Shown here piece after piece: positions 40,360 to 53,365 of a stretch of 64,000 nucleotides of DNA. The number at the start of each line of letters is the position of its first letter. The first letter of the stretch is position 1. Source of the DNA: Eledone cirrhosa (taxonomy: Eukaryota). The position numbers and the translations under genes were made by a program. The stretch is taken from the NCBI GenBank assembly GCA_964016885.1, contig OZ024742.1:91760001-91824000 (forward strand). Reading direction: 5' to 3'. Below the pieces are notes generated by a model. The model was not told the origin of the DNA and did not search any database. It saw only the letters and a list, made by a program, of their open reading frames with translations.

Positions 40360-40989
40360 ACATATATAAGTGTGTGTGAGTGACTGTGTGTGTATATATA
40401 TATATACATATATATTTGTTCAATTACGTTATGAACAGACAAACATTGCAACAAATATAACCTCCGATACTAATTGCTTAAAAATCAACACCGTTAGTAT
40501 CTCCAATAACAACGTCAACAACAGCAGTAATAATTTTGATTCTATTTTCAGTTTGTTACACCAGAGATAATATTGCAACTATTTCAGATTCTATTAATAA
40601 CAAATGTCAGATATGCGTGTTTGTAATAATTCATTTAGTCTGGTATCATAATCATCAATAATATATTTATATTATCGTTATTATTATTGGTGCTGTTATT
40701 TCTTAATTTCTGAGATTTATATATATATTTCGCTTTTAGGCATGATTTTATATTACTTTTTGTTATTACGAAAACGGCTGGGCGTACTGATATGTGGGAG
40801 AGTAATATAGGTGTGGGGGATTTATTGGTGGATTAATGAAAGAGAAAGATGTGTGCGTGGGAGAGAGAGATGTCTAATGGGAGAAAGAGTTAGCAAGATA
40901 GATGAAAGATTTTCATTCAATTATATTTACCTTAGAATTACCATTGTATTCAATTCGAAACTGACCTCTAGCCGATGTTTTGTTTTTCT

Positions 40990-42670
40990 TTGTTTTTACA
41001 TTTAGTAGGTTTGAAGGAAACAATGTCAATATGTCTCTGGGGCTCTGCTGTACCTGAGAGATCTTTGCCGTTCATATACTGCTTACAGGACCACATCTTT
41101 GGGAAAGAAATAAGCAGGGAAGAACTACTGGATGACCAAGGTATTACAGCTGGAAGAATTGGGTGTAGTGGTTGAGCATTAGACACATGAGAGCTGGGGA
41201 GAGGATTGCCGAGTTAGCCTCATGCGGCTACAAAGCTCTGAGGAAGAGAAACTATTGTAGTAGCGATAGAAGCTATATAGGGAGGAGACAAAACTTGTGG
41301 ACCAGATGATACTCATTGATCGATTTTTGAATAACCACTTGAATTGATTTACAACTATTCCCAATACTCAATGTAAATATAGCTATAATCCCATTAGTTT
41401 GATTAGAGCCCCATCACAATATTTCTAGCTCGACGAGAGCCTAGCCACAATATGTTTGTTCGATTTAAAACTTTCCCAATTCTCCTGAATCAGTTGAGAA
41501 CTGAATTACGAAACAAAATAAAACTAAGGAAAAAACAACTGTCACTCGCAATCGAATTTGTACGATGCTTTTGTTAATGCTTTTAGGCACACATATAGTC
41601 GCAAACATACCAAGCACGCTTTCAACCCTCCCACTCATTACCAAACGGAACATTCAAGATGTGTGAGAGAGAGAGATGCACCATCACTGTTTTTGGTACT
41701 TTCCTTTAATGAACTCGAGAAGATGGAAATCAAAAATTGATCTCGACAAGATTTGAATGTAGAATATAGAAAGCCGAAACAAATATCACAACGTACATAA
41801 TCTGATACTTATGGCATTCCGCCACTTGTTTGCCTTAAACAACATGATAGAAACAAGTAATTTTGATAACGCTGACGAAGACAGTGTTTTTAGTCTCCTC
41901 TGGTATATTTTCAGGTCGTGAATTATGGGAAATTTCCCAAAGTCTTTAAAGTGGCAATCCAAAAGGAAGTACTGTCTGTTCGGAATACGCACCACGAGCG
42001 TGGTTGTGCTGGAGACGTCAGCAACCGAAACTGTTCGAGATGTACGTAGATTAGCAAAACCGAATGGCACGCAGTCATTCAGTCTTCATGCATTGCTGCT
42101 TTTGTGAATATATATCGAACAGCTGTTATTAGGTGTGAGGATTTCTTCTGTCTCTTTACATTCTAAGATGAAATCCGGCAGTGGTTAAATTTGCCTGTCA
42201 TCATTCTGTGGTCGATGAAATGAAGTACTAATACAATACTATGGTCGATCTAATCGATTTTACCTTTCTCCAAATTTGCTGAAATTATGTCTGCTGGAAA
42301 CCAATAAGTGTAGGGCTGATCCGATAATAAACCAAAGTATATTGTAAAGATAAAGACAATATCATTTGGCAAGGAAGAGGGGGTAATTTTCATTTGTATA
42401 GTGGACATTTTTGAAGACACCGCTTCCCCTCTCAGTGAAAGCCATTATCAAAGTCTCCAAGCATTATTTCAAGAGGAAGATAGGGGAAGTCAAAAGGTGT
42501 TACTTTGGAGAAAATGTTCATGAAAGTTGAGTGAGAGAAGTAAAAACATTGGTGGGGCTAAATATGCCCACATTAACTAAGTGACTATTAACTATTAGCA
42601 ATACCTGGGAGAAGGCATTTAGTGTAACAGAGCAGCCTGGGGCTTTATATGGTGAGATGCGAATCATTCA
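40990..42670 (-). mobile_element. Remnants of a decayed APE-type LINE: 3' coding end (~40990-41350) and endonuclease piece (~42360-42670)
   Basis: SSLYSFYRYYNSFSSSEL..RLTRQS resembles LINE ORF2 C-termini; LEIMLGDFD resembles the APE GDFN motif; that both pieces are one element is inferred. Confidence 0.45.
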
Positions 42671-42743
42671 ATCTTGTTTCAGAATTGTTTACTAGTTCTT
42701 AATTTTATTCTGTTTAGTTCTATCTATTATTAAATATATAACA

Positions 42744-42900
42744 AGGCAGTGAATTGCAAGAATCGGTAGAGCGTCGGAAAAATGAGTAGAAGTATTTTTT
42801 CTGGCTCTATGCAATCTGAGTTCAAATCCCACTCAGGTCAAATTTGCCTTTCATCGGTTCAGTGTCGACAAAATAAAGTACCCGCCAAATTGCTGGCCTC
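42744..42900 (+). mobile_element. Older tRNA-derived SINE copy
   Basis: tctgagttcaaatccc, tttgcctttcatc, aaaataaagtacc, aattgctggcct. Confidence 0.85.
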
Positions 42901-43297
42901 GTACTAAGGATCATATAATAAGGATCATTAAATATCTATTATTGTTACTGCCTCCCTTTTTGGATTGCTTAGTTTTAATTATACGACAATCTCCGATCGA
43001 TATTTTTATTTTACATTCATTGAAGGCAATTTTGGTTAAAATAAATTACAATAATTTTCCTTCATATTTTCTGTAATCATTATCAAACATTTAATTTTAA
43101 ACACATTCTTTCACTAATAAGCCTTTCTGAATTTACATATACACACTCCTAGAAATACGTGGAAAAGAGATAAAGTGATGTCTCATGTATGTTGCGGTAT
43201 TTCTATTTTTGTTACTAATAAATTATTCAGAATTTACATATACAGATCAATCAACTACAGTTCATTTTCAATTTATTCTTTTCGTTACGTACGGCGT

Positions 43298-43361
43298 AAT
43301 TATGGAAACAGGGGCAAAAGACATTCACTTCTGAATGTCTTTTGCCCCTGTTTCCATAATT
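43298..43361. repeat. Perfect 30-bp hairpin with 4-nt loop
   Basis: aattatggaaacaggggcaaaagacattca-cttc-tgaatgtcttttgcccctgtttccataatt. Confidence 0.97.
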
Positions 43362-46300
43362 GAAATGTTAGAAACACTAAATAGCATGATTCCTTTAAAT
43401 ATATTCGTGTAAGAATATCAACGCTGAATTGTTTAACAAACTATATGAATTGGAGGAGGAAAAACCCATACAATATGTATATAAACACAAAAATAAAGAA
43501 TTACTACCGAGAGTTCCCGGGCGGAGGATGTATAACAACAAAAATAGTAAATGAAGAGAAAGCACTTCTGTCCAGAAGATATGTGTGCTTTTGTTGAAAT
43601 TACCGATTAAATGCTTACGGGTGTTTCAGTAATCTCCGAGAATGCATGCTGGATGAACAGGAAAGAGGGCTGTTCTGGCTCGACATAACTAGTGGCTTTC
43701 TACATTTATATAGAGATGTTGCACAGAATGTTTACGGTTTATATCATATTTTGTGTTATTGCTTGTATTTTATAATCAGCAAATTAATTACGTCATCCCA
43801 CCACACTGGTTTTTGTCCAAAACTCCCGTGTGTAGTAACACCTATGTTTATAGGTTCACTGATTTTCTATGTGCAACCCGTTATAGCTAATAAATTATTA
43901 TTATTGTTGCTGCTGCTGTTGCTTTTATTAGATGAAAATTGATTTAGTATTTACAGAAAAATTATTATTCACCTGTTTACATTTATCCTCTCTCAGATTT
44001 TGTTATAACCAAAAATAATTTAATGGTTTCTATGAAAAGAAAAAATAAGGACATGAAATTCCTTCAGCTGCGCTTGGTAGAGATGACCATATTAAAGTAA
44101 AGTTCAATGAAGCTGTGATGATTAATAAATGTTGAGTAACACAAGTAACTGTATCATGCCTGGTACTGAGACAACCAATGTTTCGTACAGCAATGATTCA
44201 GAGAAAATACAGACAAACAAATACACCCACAGTTACTTACGCACATACTCGTACGTGCGCGCACACATACATACACAAATATAAAAAAAAACTGCGATTG
44301 TTTCCCATAATAGATTATGACTTGGAAGTATGTACTATGCTTACGTAAATATTTTTTAAGTAAACACAGAACTCTCCTAGTTACGTATCGCTCTCTCGTT
44401 TGAGTCATCGGAATTTTCAGGACGTGACAACTGAAACGAACAGAGACCTGGTACTTTATCAACCACAAAAGTTTGAAAGACAAAGGGAACCTCGGAGGAA
44501 TTGGAACTTCGAATGCAGGGATCGAAATAAATATCCAACGTTCTCACGATTGTCCCAATTCAACCGTACACTTACATTTGACATGAGATCTCAAAGTAAT
44601 TCTTATTTTCAGAGTGTTAAACATGTTGAGGAATTGTCAGTGTCCTTAGAACGTGGGGTTAAATTCCTCGGTATATATTTCCGGCTTTCTGCGCTATGAG
44701 TTCAAATCTCGACCGAATGAACTTTCATCCTTTCAGGTTCGATTAATAAAGTGCTAGTTCATCAGTCTAGCGGCATTGGACTGACGGAATTGTTAAAAAG
44801 ACAGGCGGGGGATTTGCGGTATCTAATCCGGCTCTGACAATTTTGAGTTCAACTCCCATCTTCTGCCAGAAATTGTGATCGGCAGATAGAATCAGCAAGA
44901 GAAGTAACAATGGAATCATAGTTTCCTTGGACTGTGTTGACTTGCAGCTATTTTCCTTTTATTTTCTTAAGAAAAGAAAATATATGCATCTAATAGTAGT
45001 TGATAATATGATTAATAATATGATTAATAATTTGAATAATAATTTGAGTGAGTCATTGACACATCTCACTTACGGTGTATCATTTCTTGTTCACTTATCA
45101 ACTATAAAGAAAAAAACCTAAGTACAGTGAAAGGAAGACCTAGACAGGAATTAATAAACTATTACCAGAGACGTGACAGGAGTGAAGCCCAAACCCCAGT
45201 CTTCGGTGATATGACTGTTAGTAAAAAGTAAATACATTTCTAAGTATATGGGTCATTAAAAAGATGGCTGTGCAGCAATAACGGTGAAGCGGCATGCTAA
45301 ATCTTTGAAATGCTTTACTTTTGACCCCTACATTGTGAGTTCAATTCGATTGGAGGTTAACTCTGCTTTTGAAACTCTCCGGGTTCAAAATATTACGTAC
45401 TGCAGTCTATTAAATGCACTACATCCATCTCGTAGACTTGTATACAGAAATTAGTATATTGTATGGAGATGTTGCAAGCGCAGTAGATAACACCATGTGA
45501 CCTAGTATACCTAATGGGAGCCCAGCTTACCAATGAGGAGCTTCTTTTCAAATCGAATGTGGCAAATACAGATTGCTACGTTCGTTCTAATGGAAGTCAT
45601 ACATGTAATATCTGGAACAAATGTACACGATGTTATATGTCGAAAGAAAAAAATGAATCTATATTTGATAGAATTATGCCATGACTGGATTTGATTCCTG
45701 GATTTATCTCGGTCATTTCACCTAGATGACTAATGTCATTGCAAAATGCATAATTATCACACAAGCTTATTGTATTTATTAAAGTCAGCTATCATTTAAG
45801 AATTATTGATAATGGGAGTAATAGACTTACAGCGGTGGTCACAAATTCAGAATTGGCACTGTAGTTTCCAAACAACAATTACTTATTTCTAATGGAACAA
45901 AAGTCTAGAGCTTGGAGAGATTCAGTGAAATAACTTTCCCATTATTAAGCTGGTGTTTGGAATATAACTTAAAGTTTCTTACGTAAACGTTTTTTTAGAT
46001 AAATATATACACTTTAAAATAAACAGTTTGGTAAAACCATGTGGGGCCGATTGGTGTCAGTTTTTGTTTTCTTTAAATGAGAGAAAGCAATGTAAAGTAT
46101 GTAACATAAATTCCTTTTTCTCAATATTCAGCTGGTAACAGCGTAAGCGTTCTCCTAACTCTTTTTTTTCCAATGTCCTACGAATTGTACTAACACTATT
46201 TCTTGCATAACTATTAATATATTTTTCTGTTGGTAATCTGTTTGTTTGTCACACTCGGAACGCAAAAAATATTCTCACCGAATTTTAATAACGTTATTAT

Positions 46301-46499
46301 GTAATTATGAGAAAGACACTTTTGAATGTGTCTTTTTTTTAATTTTGGAACTTACGGAGAGCGAATACATAAAGCGTTTCATTTTTAACGAGTTAAAACC
46401 ACGTATATTTCATTTCTCAATTCATCTTTTTTTAATCTCAAATTGCAATGCTTTGAATCGTTTCAGGCCAAATAAAAGCGTATTATGACATTCTTTATC

Positions 46500-46620
46500 A
46501 TTCTGAGTTCAAATCCCGCCGAGGTTAACTTTGCCTTTCATCCTTAGGAGTCGACAAAATAAAGTACCAGTAATGCACTGGGTAATTGCTGGCCTTGTGC
46601 CAAAAGTAGAAACAATTATG
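46500..46620 (+). mobile_element. 5'-truncated young SINE with 18-bp TSD
   Basis: attatgacattctttatc (46482-46499) and attatgacgttctttatc (46615-46632). Confidence 0.92.
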
Positions 46621-48073
46621 ACGTTCTTTATCTATATTTTTTTCAATTAATTATTTTTGCATTTTAAAATCCTTTGCAAATTACTCGTTATATATAGATA
46701 TCACGCTTGTATTGTAAGGAGTATGCTATTTGAATCGTGACTTGTAGACGACTCCGGTCGGATGCCTGCATTAACGGGGTTGGTCTCTGCTCTCTTTCAA
46801 CTCCTATCAGATAGGCACCGACACAAGTACAATTATGACTGTATCTGCTGCAAGTGATGAAAGGCAAAATCGACGTTGGCTAGATTTCATCTCAGAAAGA
46901 AAAGACAGTAATTAAATACCGCAAGATATTTTGTCAGACGCTCTAACGCTTATGTCAATCCACTGTACGAAACCTTATATGCTGCAAGCCTATGGAGCCA
47001 TTAAGTTATTTAGTTGGTGTCGTTATTTAGCACAGAATATAGGATAACTTTCATTAAGCAGACCTACTATTAAAGAGGTAGCAGGAAAATATTTTCCCCC
47101 ACTTCATGATCATTTTTATGTTATAATGCTAGTCAATTAAATCGGCCCCATTTTGGAATAGATGAAAGGCAAAGATGACTTCGGCGGAATTTAAATTCAG
47201 AATGTAAAGGGCTGTAACTAAATTAGCTGAAAGTAGTTTTGTCCAACGCTTTAAGGATTCTGTCCATCCACTAACCTTGCTCCATTATACTACCTCTTTC
47301 AGCTCTCAGTGATCATTACCTAGTTCAGTGTGTTAAAGGCACTCTAGAGAAGTTATGTACAGTATGGGGTTATTAAAGGTTTTATCCCTCACAGCTCTCT
47401 ACACATCTTGTTTATATTAGACATAACATTGAATCAATATAGCTATGTTCTCTACCTAGCTTTCAGCACTTTACAACCGCCCTATTATTGTTGGTTTTCA
47501 GTGACGAATGAAACTCGTGCCAGCATCGGCAATAACAAATAATTCGTTTAGAAATGCTGTTTAGTCTTTGCAAAAACAGGTTACTCAATGGAAAAGGCTT
47601 TGGGTGGAGAATAAACGAGGAATGTAAACGATTAATACACGGTTGAACAAACAGGTGTACATTAATTGACATTATAGTGTGTTTTTTAGATTAGCTATAG
47701 AACTTAGAGTTTTAAAAATATGCATACGTACATACACACATGTACATATATTATACCTGTCTATCCCTATCTCTGTCAATGTAACAGTTTGCAACAAGGC
47801 TGGCCTGTTGAATCACAGGTATTGTATAACTGATGGGCTTCCAAACAGTTTCCGTTTACACAATTTCACTCACAAGATTTGGGCTATGATAAGTGACACA
47901 TGTCCAAGATACCACGCAATGGGATCAAACCTGAAAGCAGAAAGAACCTCTTAACCATTCGGCCATGATGTGCCGTCAAATATCAACATGAAGGGACCTG
48001 TTATTTTTATCTAAAGACTTTTTTTGTAATTCCATCCCGCCCGTCCCCTCAATCTATCTTATTTCTCATTCTT

Positions 48074-48109
48074 TCTTCTGATGAAGGACTAGCGTCCGAA
48101 ACGTTAAGA
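48074..48109 (+). ncRNA. Minimal type I hammerhead (dimer type)
   Basis: tctt-CUGAUGA-a ggac tagc gtcc-GAAA-cg-UU-aaga; stem III is the palindrome ACGU. Confidence 0.75.
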
Positions 48110-48242
48110 CACCCTTTCTGCTATATCAAGCGTTAACCTAATATATCCCTTCCATATACTGTACCAATTGTGTTGTTATTTCTGTTTACCTTTTACATAC
48201 ATACATATATATATATATAATTTTTTTCATTACCACTAAAAG

Positions 48243-48327
48243 GGTCTGACGAGCCGCGGGTTACAGAGTCGGGCTAGATCAATACAGATAGAACCTTGAG
48301 CTGATCGGTGGCGAAACGCGCGTCGCC
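48243..48327 (+). ncRNA. Type I hammerhead with long stem II and GUC site
   Basis: ggt-CUGACGA-gccgc...gtggc-GAAA-cgcgcg-UC-gcc, then AATAAA; palindromic stem III ACGCGCGU. Confidence 0.8.
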
Positions 48328-48359
48328 AACCAATAAACGTAATGAAGGAGTAACCACTC

Positions 48360-48500
48360 GTCCTTGTTTTATTTTATTATACTACACTCTGTCTAGCTCT
48401 ACACATCGATACACCCGGGTGAGCACTCGATGGTTAGGTTCACTTCTGTATCGATGTGTAGAGCTAGATAGAGTGTAGTATAATAAAATAAAAGAAGGAC
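48360..48500. repeat. Fold-back hairpin, ~54 bp arms, just downstream of the hammerhead
   Basis: gtcctt...ctctacacatcgataca / tgtatcgatgtgtagag...aaggac. Confidence 0.93.
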
Positions 48501-48730
48501 GTAATTATATGCCGCAAAACATGTCCGACACTCTACCGATACTGCCAATCCATAATAATAATGCACTAATATGGTGCCATAGATCCATTACGAAAATGTT
48601 CATGGGTGCCCTCGTTATACAATCGAAGGATAATAACGTTTGTGACCTTATTTATTTTTTTTTTAAATATATATATATATGAAAATAGTCAGGACCCCGA
48701 TGGCTGAGCTCCGGCCGTTTCGACAGCTAG

Positions 48731-48767
<37 letters not shown>

Positions 48768-51700
48768 TGTGTGTGAATTTGCATCTATTTGTGAATGTTT
48801 AAAATGTGTATTAGTATAACGTTCAAAGAGTAATATTGAGAGCTAGAGTGTAGAAATGTATTTCCTAAGTAGAAAAGTGGCAGTGACTTCGACGTTTCTA
48901 CATAATCGCTTCATCTGGCTGCCAAATGAAACGACTAAGGCGAAAGGTGGAGGCCTCTGCCACTTCACTACTTGATGTGTGTGTGGGGGTCTGGAGGCAG
49001 AAGATGCAAATATCTAGATCGCCAGGATGCTGGCCTTTCATACTCAAATGTAAAGCTTGAGTGTGTTATTTTTGCCTCATTATTCAAGCTGAATAAATAA
49101 TCCTAAAGAAAAATGAAGCTGGAAAATGTAAATAACAAATATACTGGCCTAGCTCTATAGTAATCACTTGATCTTTTAATTGTGACTAAAGCATGTATCC
49201 GGAGATTTTGTGGACGCAGATTCATTCATTCGTTATTGCAAGCACCTGTTCTCTCTGTACAACAACAACTGTCTCAATTGTCTCTTCAATATTATGACCG
49301 GAAGTATCTACTTGACGGTCATGGTTAATGAATTCATTGCAACAAACGGAAGAATATATGAACGAGCCCAAGTAATATGGAAATAGCGCGGTAACGCTCA
49401 ATATGAATATTAATGGAATTATTAGAGAGAAATGGGATGGCAGGTTAGCGAGCTATGCGATAGAAATGTTTTTACTAATAGCTTCTTATGTATGTGTGTG
49501 TTTGCACAAATATACGCACAAACATATGCATATATACATATTATATATATATACATATTATATATATATACATATTATATATATACTCATAAACATGTCT
49601 GTATGAGATATTCCTGGCACCGGTAACATTAAAATTTTCCTCTAAATATTTATACCAAGTTGAGAAGGGTGATGTATGTGTGTAATAAAGATTGTAAATG
49701 AAAATTTAAAATTGTATGGTTGACAGTGAATGTGCGTGTGTACGTATGTTGTAGCGATGTTTACTAGAAATATGAAACAGGCTGCATGCTGCAGAACTAT
49801 TACAGCGATGTGTTTATTATAGTCATGGGATCAGGAGTCGTCGTGATTGTATAGAAGTTGCTTTGCGTTCAAACAAGTGTTAGTATTGTTATTTAGAGGA
49901 CGTTTTACTACTAATGATGATGGTGGTGATGGTGGTGGAGATGCTGGCATCAATAGTGTGAGGTAGTGATGATAATTGGGGGGGGGGGGTAGAGGGAAAT
50001 AATGAAAACGATGATGATGACAGTTTAGTGATCTTTAATGATGATTGTGAACAATAATAATGTAGATGGTGGCGATGTTTATTGAATTAATAATAATAGT
50101 GGCGAACGTTTTATCGATAGTGGTGATGATGATATAGGTGAAGGTATTGACTATGGTAGTGATGGGGATGGTGGTATAACTGTTGATGGTAATAGTGTTG
50201 ATGATAGTGAATATGATAGCGAAGATGGTGTCGGTGACGGTTTTCACGATGGTGGGGATAATGGTGTTATAAACAAACGAGCAGAATTAAAAATAATAGC
50301 AGGTGGGCCGGCTTGAAAGGAGGAAGAAGGTACTTAAAAGAGAACGTAGCCCCAGGGCATGGCATAACCGGGTTTCTTATTGATATAAAGTATGTAAGGG
50401 AGGAGAGGAATGAGGAAACGCACGTGAGCATAAGGGGGAGTATGAGATGTACAAGGAGAATCATTAAATAGCATATTTTTAAAACACAAAAATCGGAATA
50501 AAATACACACTCACTCACCTACGACTTTATCAGAGTTACGGGTCAATATATACAAGATAAGCTTCCACATAGTTTCCCTCTAAAAATCCCACTTTACAAT
50601 CCATTTATATTCGGTTTTATTCTTATGTTCTTAGTTTGACAGCAACAGACTGGTTAGAAATATTCTGCAGGTCAGAGTTTTGATAGGAAGTAATATTGTT
50701 TTCCCAATCATAGGAAAAGAAAGAACAATTGGACAAGGGTTGGATCAGAGTAGATCGTTGGGTCGGTCAACCCGAAAGTTTACACCAGAAGATTGGAGGG
50801 TTAAACACACAACCATTGAACATATTTTTGGCAGTTTTAACTGAAATATTCAACATTTGCATCGTCTTGCTTCGGATCGTTGAGTGTTTCAAAGTTGATG
50901 CTAAATCATTTGCGACCAATAAACATCTTGATTTGACATTTATTCAAGTACCTTTTGCTATAATAGGTGTACGGTCTCCATAAAATAGGTTTCAGAATAT
51001 TTTCAAACTTGAGGCTTGGATTATCTTAAGGTCTGAGGTTATTTTAAATACGAGAGGGAAGTTCTGAAATCTCAGGATATAAAATCATAATTAAAACAAC
51101 AAAAGCAAAACATTAAATCAGCGAATCAGTTGTTAGATGATCAGGAAGGTGATATATTTTTAGAGGAAAATAAAAAAATCAAGACTAAAACGGTTGCTTA
51201 ACAAAAATGAAAGAATTAATTATGCAGTGGCTGGATACACGGACGTTTTTTCATAAAGTGATCAACCAAATCACCATCAATGTTGGTGGAATATTATCTT
51301 ATATCCTTGAAAATTCGAAAAAAAACTTCTTTTTTTTTTTTATTCAAGTCGTTTCAGAGAAGTCAAGGAAAGTGTAATGAAGCCCGAAGTTCTGAAAATC
51401 CTCTGCAATCGTATTTCGGAAAACCAAGAACTTAAGGAATTGAATTATTTTATCGTAAACTTTAACTGTATTTTGCAAACTTTGAATAACCTTTGAAAGA
51501 CTATTAGAATCAGGCATGTACATTCTTCAAACACATCTACATATAAGTTTAAGTTCATGTTGCACTTTTAAAAAGTCATGTAAGTAACATCTGTTTAGCT
51601 GTATCTGTATCCTACATAAATATTCCTTGCATGTCTATATAGTTGAATTAGTTCTTAGTTTATAAAATATCTTTTAAAACTATCATTCACTCAAGTCATT

Positions 51701-52066
51701 TGTAAACAAGTGTTCGGTAGGTTAAATAGAATAAAAGCTTCTATTACACTTTACACTTTAAAGGAGATACCCCAAAATTTGTTGACGATTTTCATAATAG
51801 GTATACTTGCTGAAATTGCTGTGGATTATATTCCTTTTCTTGTGAAACAATGGACATAATTTTCTAGAATGTTTGCTGTCTATGTGACTATGGTTTCTGG
51901 TTGAGATTTTAATAGGACTATTATCACTATCCAATCTCCTCAGTCAGCCTAATGAACTAAACATTTAAGTATTTGCATACTTAAAACCATTGCTTTTATA
52001 TGATATTTTTGCTAAATATAGAAATTAGGTGAGTCGTTTTCTGTTTGAAATTACAGTCCAGTCCGA

Positions 52067-52102
<36 letters not shown>

Positions 52103-52549
52103 ATATATATATATATATACATATATACATATATTGTGTGTGTGTGTTAGTGTGTGTACATATATATATATGTACATATATACATATATATTGTGTGTGT
52201 GTTAGTGTTTAGCTTTGTGTTCCTCTTCTATATTGTAGACAAGTATCATTCACCTGTCACTGTCAGTACCATCCCAACTCACCTTATTCTCGATATAATA
52301 ATCTATTTAATTCATTCATACAAATGACTCATTGTTCGAAATAAGACATTATTGGTATATGTATGATGTAGTTGTATAGGTGTATTATATAGTGGTATTG
52401 AGATGTGTATAATATAGACGTGTTAGTACCACCCAGAAATAAACGAAAATAGGGAACGAAAGAAGTCAAACAAAGAAGCTTGAGTATGTGGTATATGTAT
52501 ATGTATTTCTTTGTATATGTACGTATATAAACATACACCAAATCCCATA

Positions 52550-52585
<36 letters not shown>

Positions 52586-52842
52586 AAATATAGAGCGCAT
52601 AGAAAATGGAAAAAAACGGAAAGCCGGACAGTTCCAATCTCCTCAGTCAATCTATGGAAATCAGTACGGTTTATCGTTCATTCCAGTGGACATTGTAACG
52701 CAACAAAACAGGCAGAGACAAGTTATGTCTTTAGGTAAATTACATAAATGAGTGCGCAAGGGCTTAACCAAAGAAGAAAATATATAAAGGGAAGAAATAG
52801 TAAAACAGAAGATAATAATATTATATATATATATAATATATA

Positions 52843-52975
52843 TATATTTAATATAGAAAAGCTTCTACAGGACTAGAACTGTTTCATTCGTGAGAAATCA
52901 TCAGGTCAGCTTCCTGATGATTTCTCACGAATTAAACAGTTCTAGTCCTGTAGAAGCTTTTCTATATTAAATATT
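52843..52975. repeat. Palindrome made of two divergent hammerhead copies (6141-6280 family)
   Basis: Minus copy 52860-52905 has an intact core but truncated stem I; plus copy 52908-52958 has stem I agcttc/gaagct but UAAA in place of GAAA. Confidence 0.9.
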
Positions 52976-53204
52976 TATATTCTGCTTTATATTGAGTACC
53001 TTAGTTACTCTGGTAAGTTCCCCTAGAGATGTCATCATTGTTTGTTGACATCATTGTCATCATCATTGTGTGTAAGAAGGATTTGTTTACGGAGTAGTAC
53101 ATGAGAGCTTTAAACCTGGCTGAACCTAAACATTCTCCATGTTTGAACGCAGCCGTTTACCCTTAGAAAAAGAGAAATAAAGGAAGGGAGAAATGGTTGT
53201 AGAG

Positions 53205-53365
53205 AAAGAATCGATCCCAATACTGGACAGGCACTTTTTTAAGCAGCTTCCAACGATAAAACGTAACGTTGACCCCGGCGGAATTTGAACTCATAACGCA
53301 GAGAAAAGGAACAAATACTGTAAAGCATTCTACCCGACATCCCAACGATTCTGTCAATTCACCGC
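53205..53365 (-). mobile_element. Older tRNA-derived SINE copy
   Basis: ggcggaatttgaactcataacg, aacgattctgtcaattcaccgc. Confidence 0.75.

Noticed and set aside
41868-42030. CTGACGA-agac...gtct and a distant GAAAC
   Set aside because: No GAAA after stem II and no consistent stem I or III in any strand order
48885-48923. Minus-strand CAGAUGA...GAAACGUC motif
   Set aside because: Core U4 mutated and stems poorly paired; at best a decayed relic
50729-50990. 84 aa ORF as possible host exon
   Set aside because: No recognisable domain; the minus strand resembles the CR1-like 3' region at ~29670, so probably a LINE relic
51040-51420. Possible mariner-like remnant (tacgag start, WLDTRTFFHKVI)
   Set aside because: Too degenerate; no matching TIR pair or catalytic motif found
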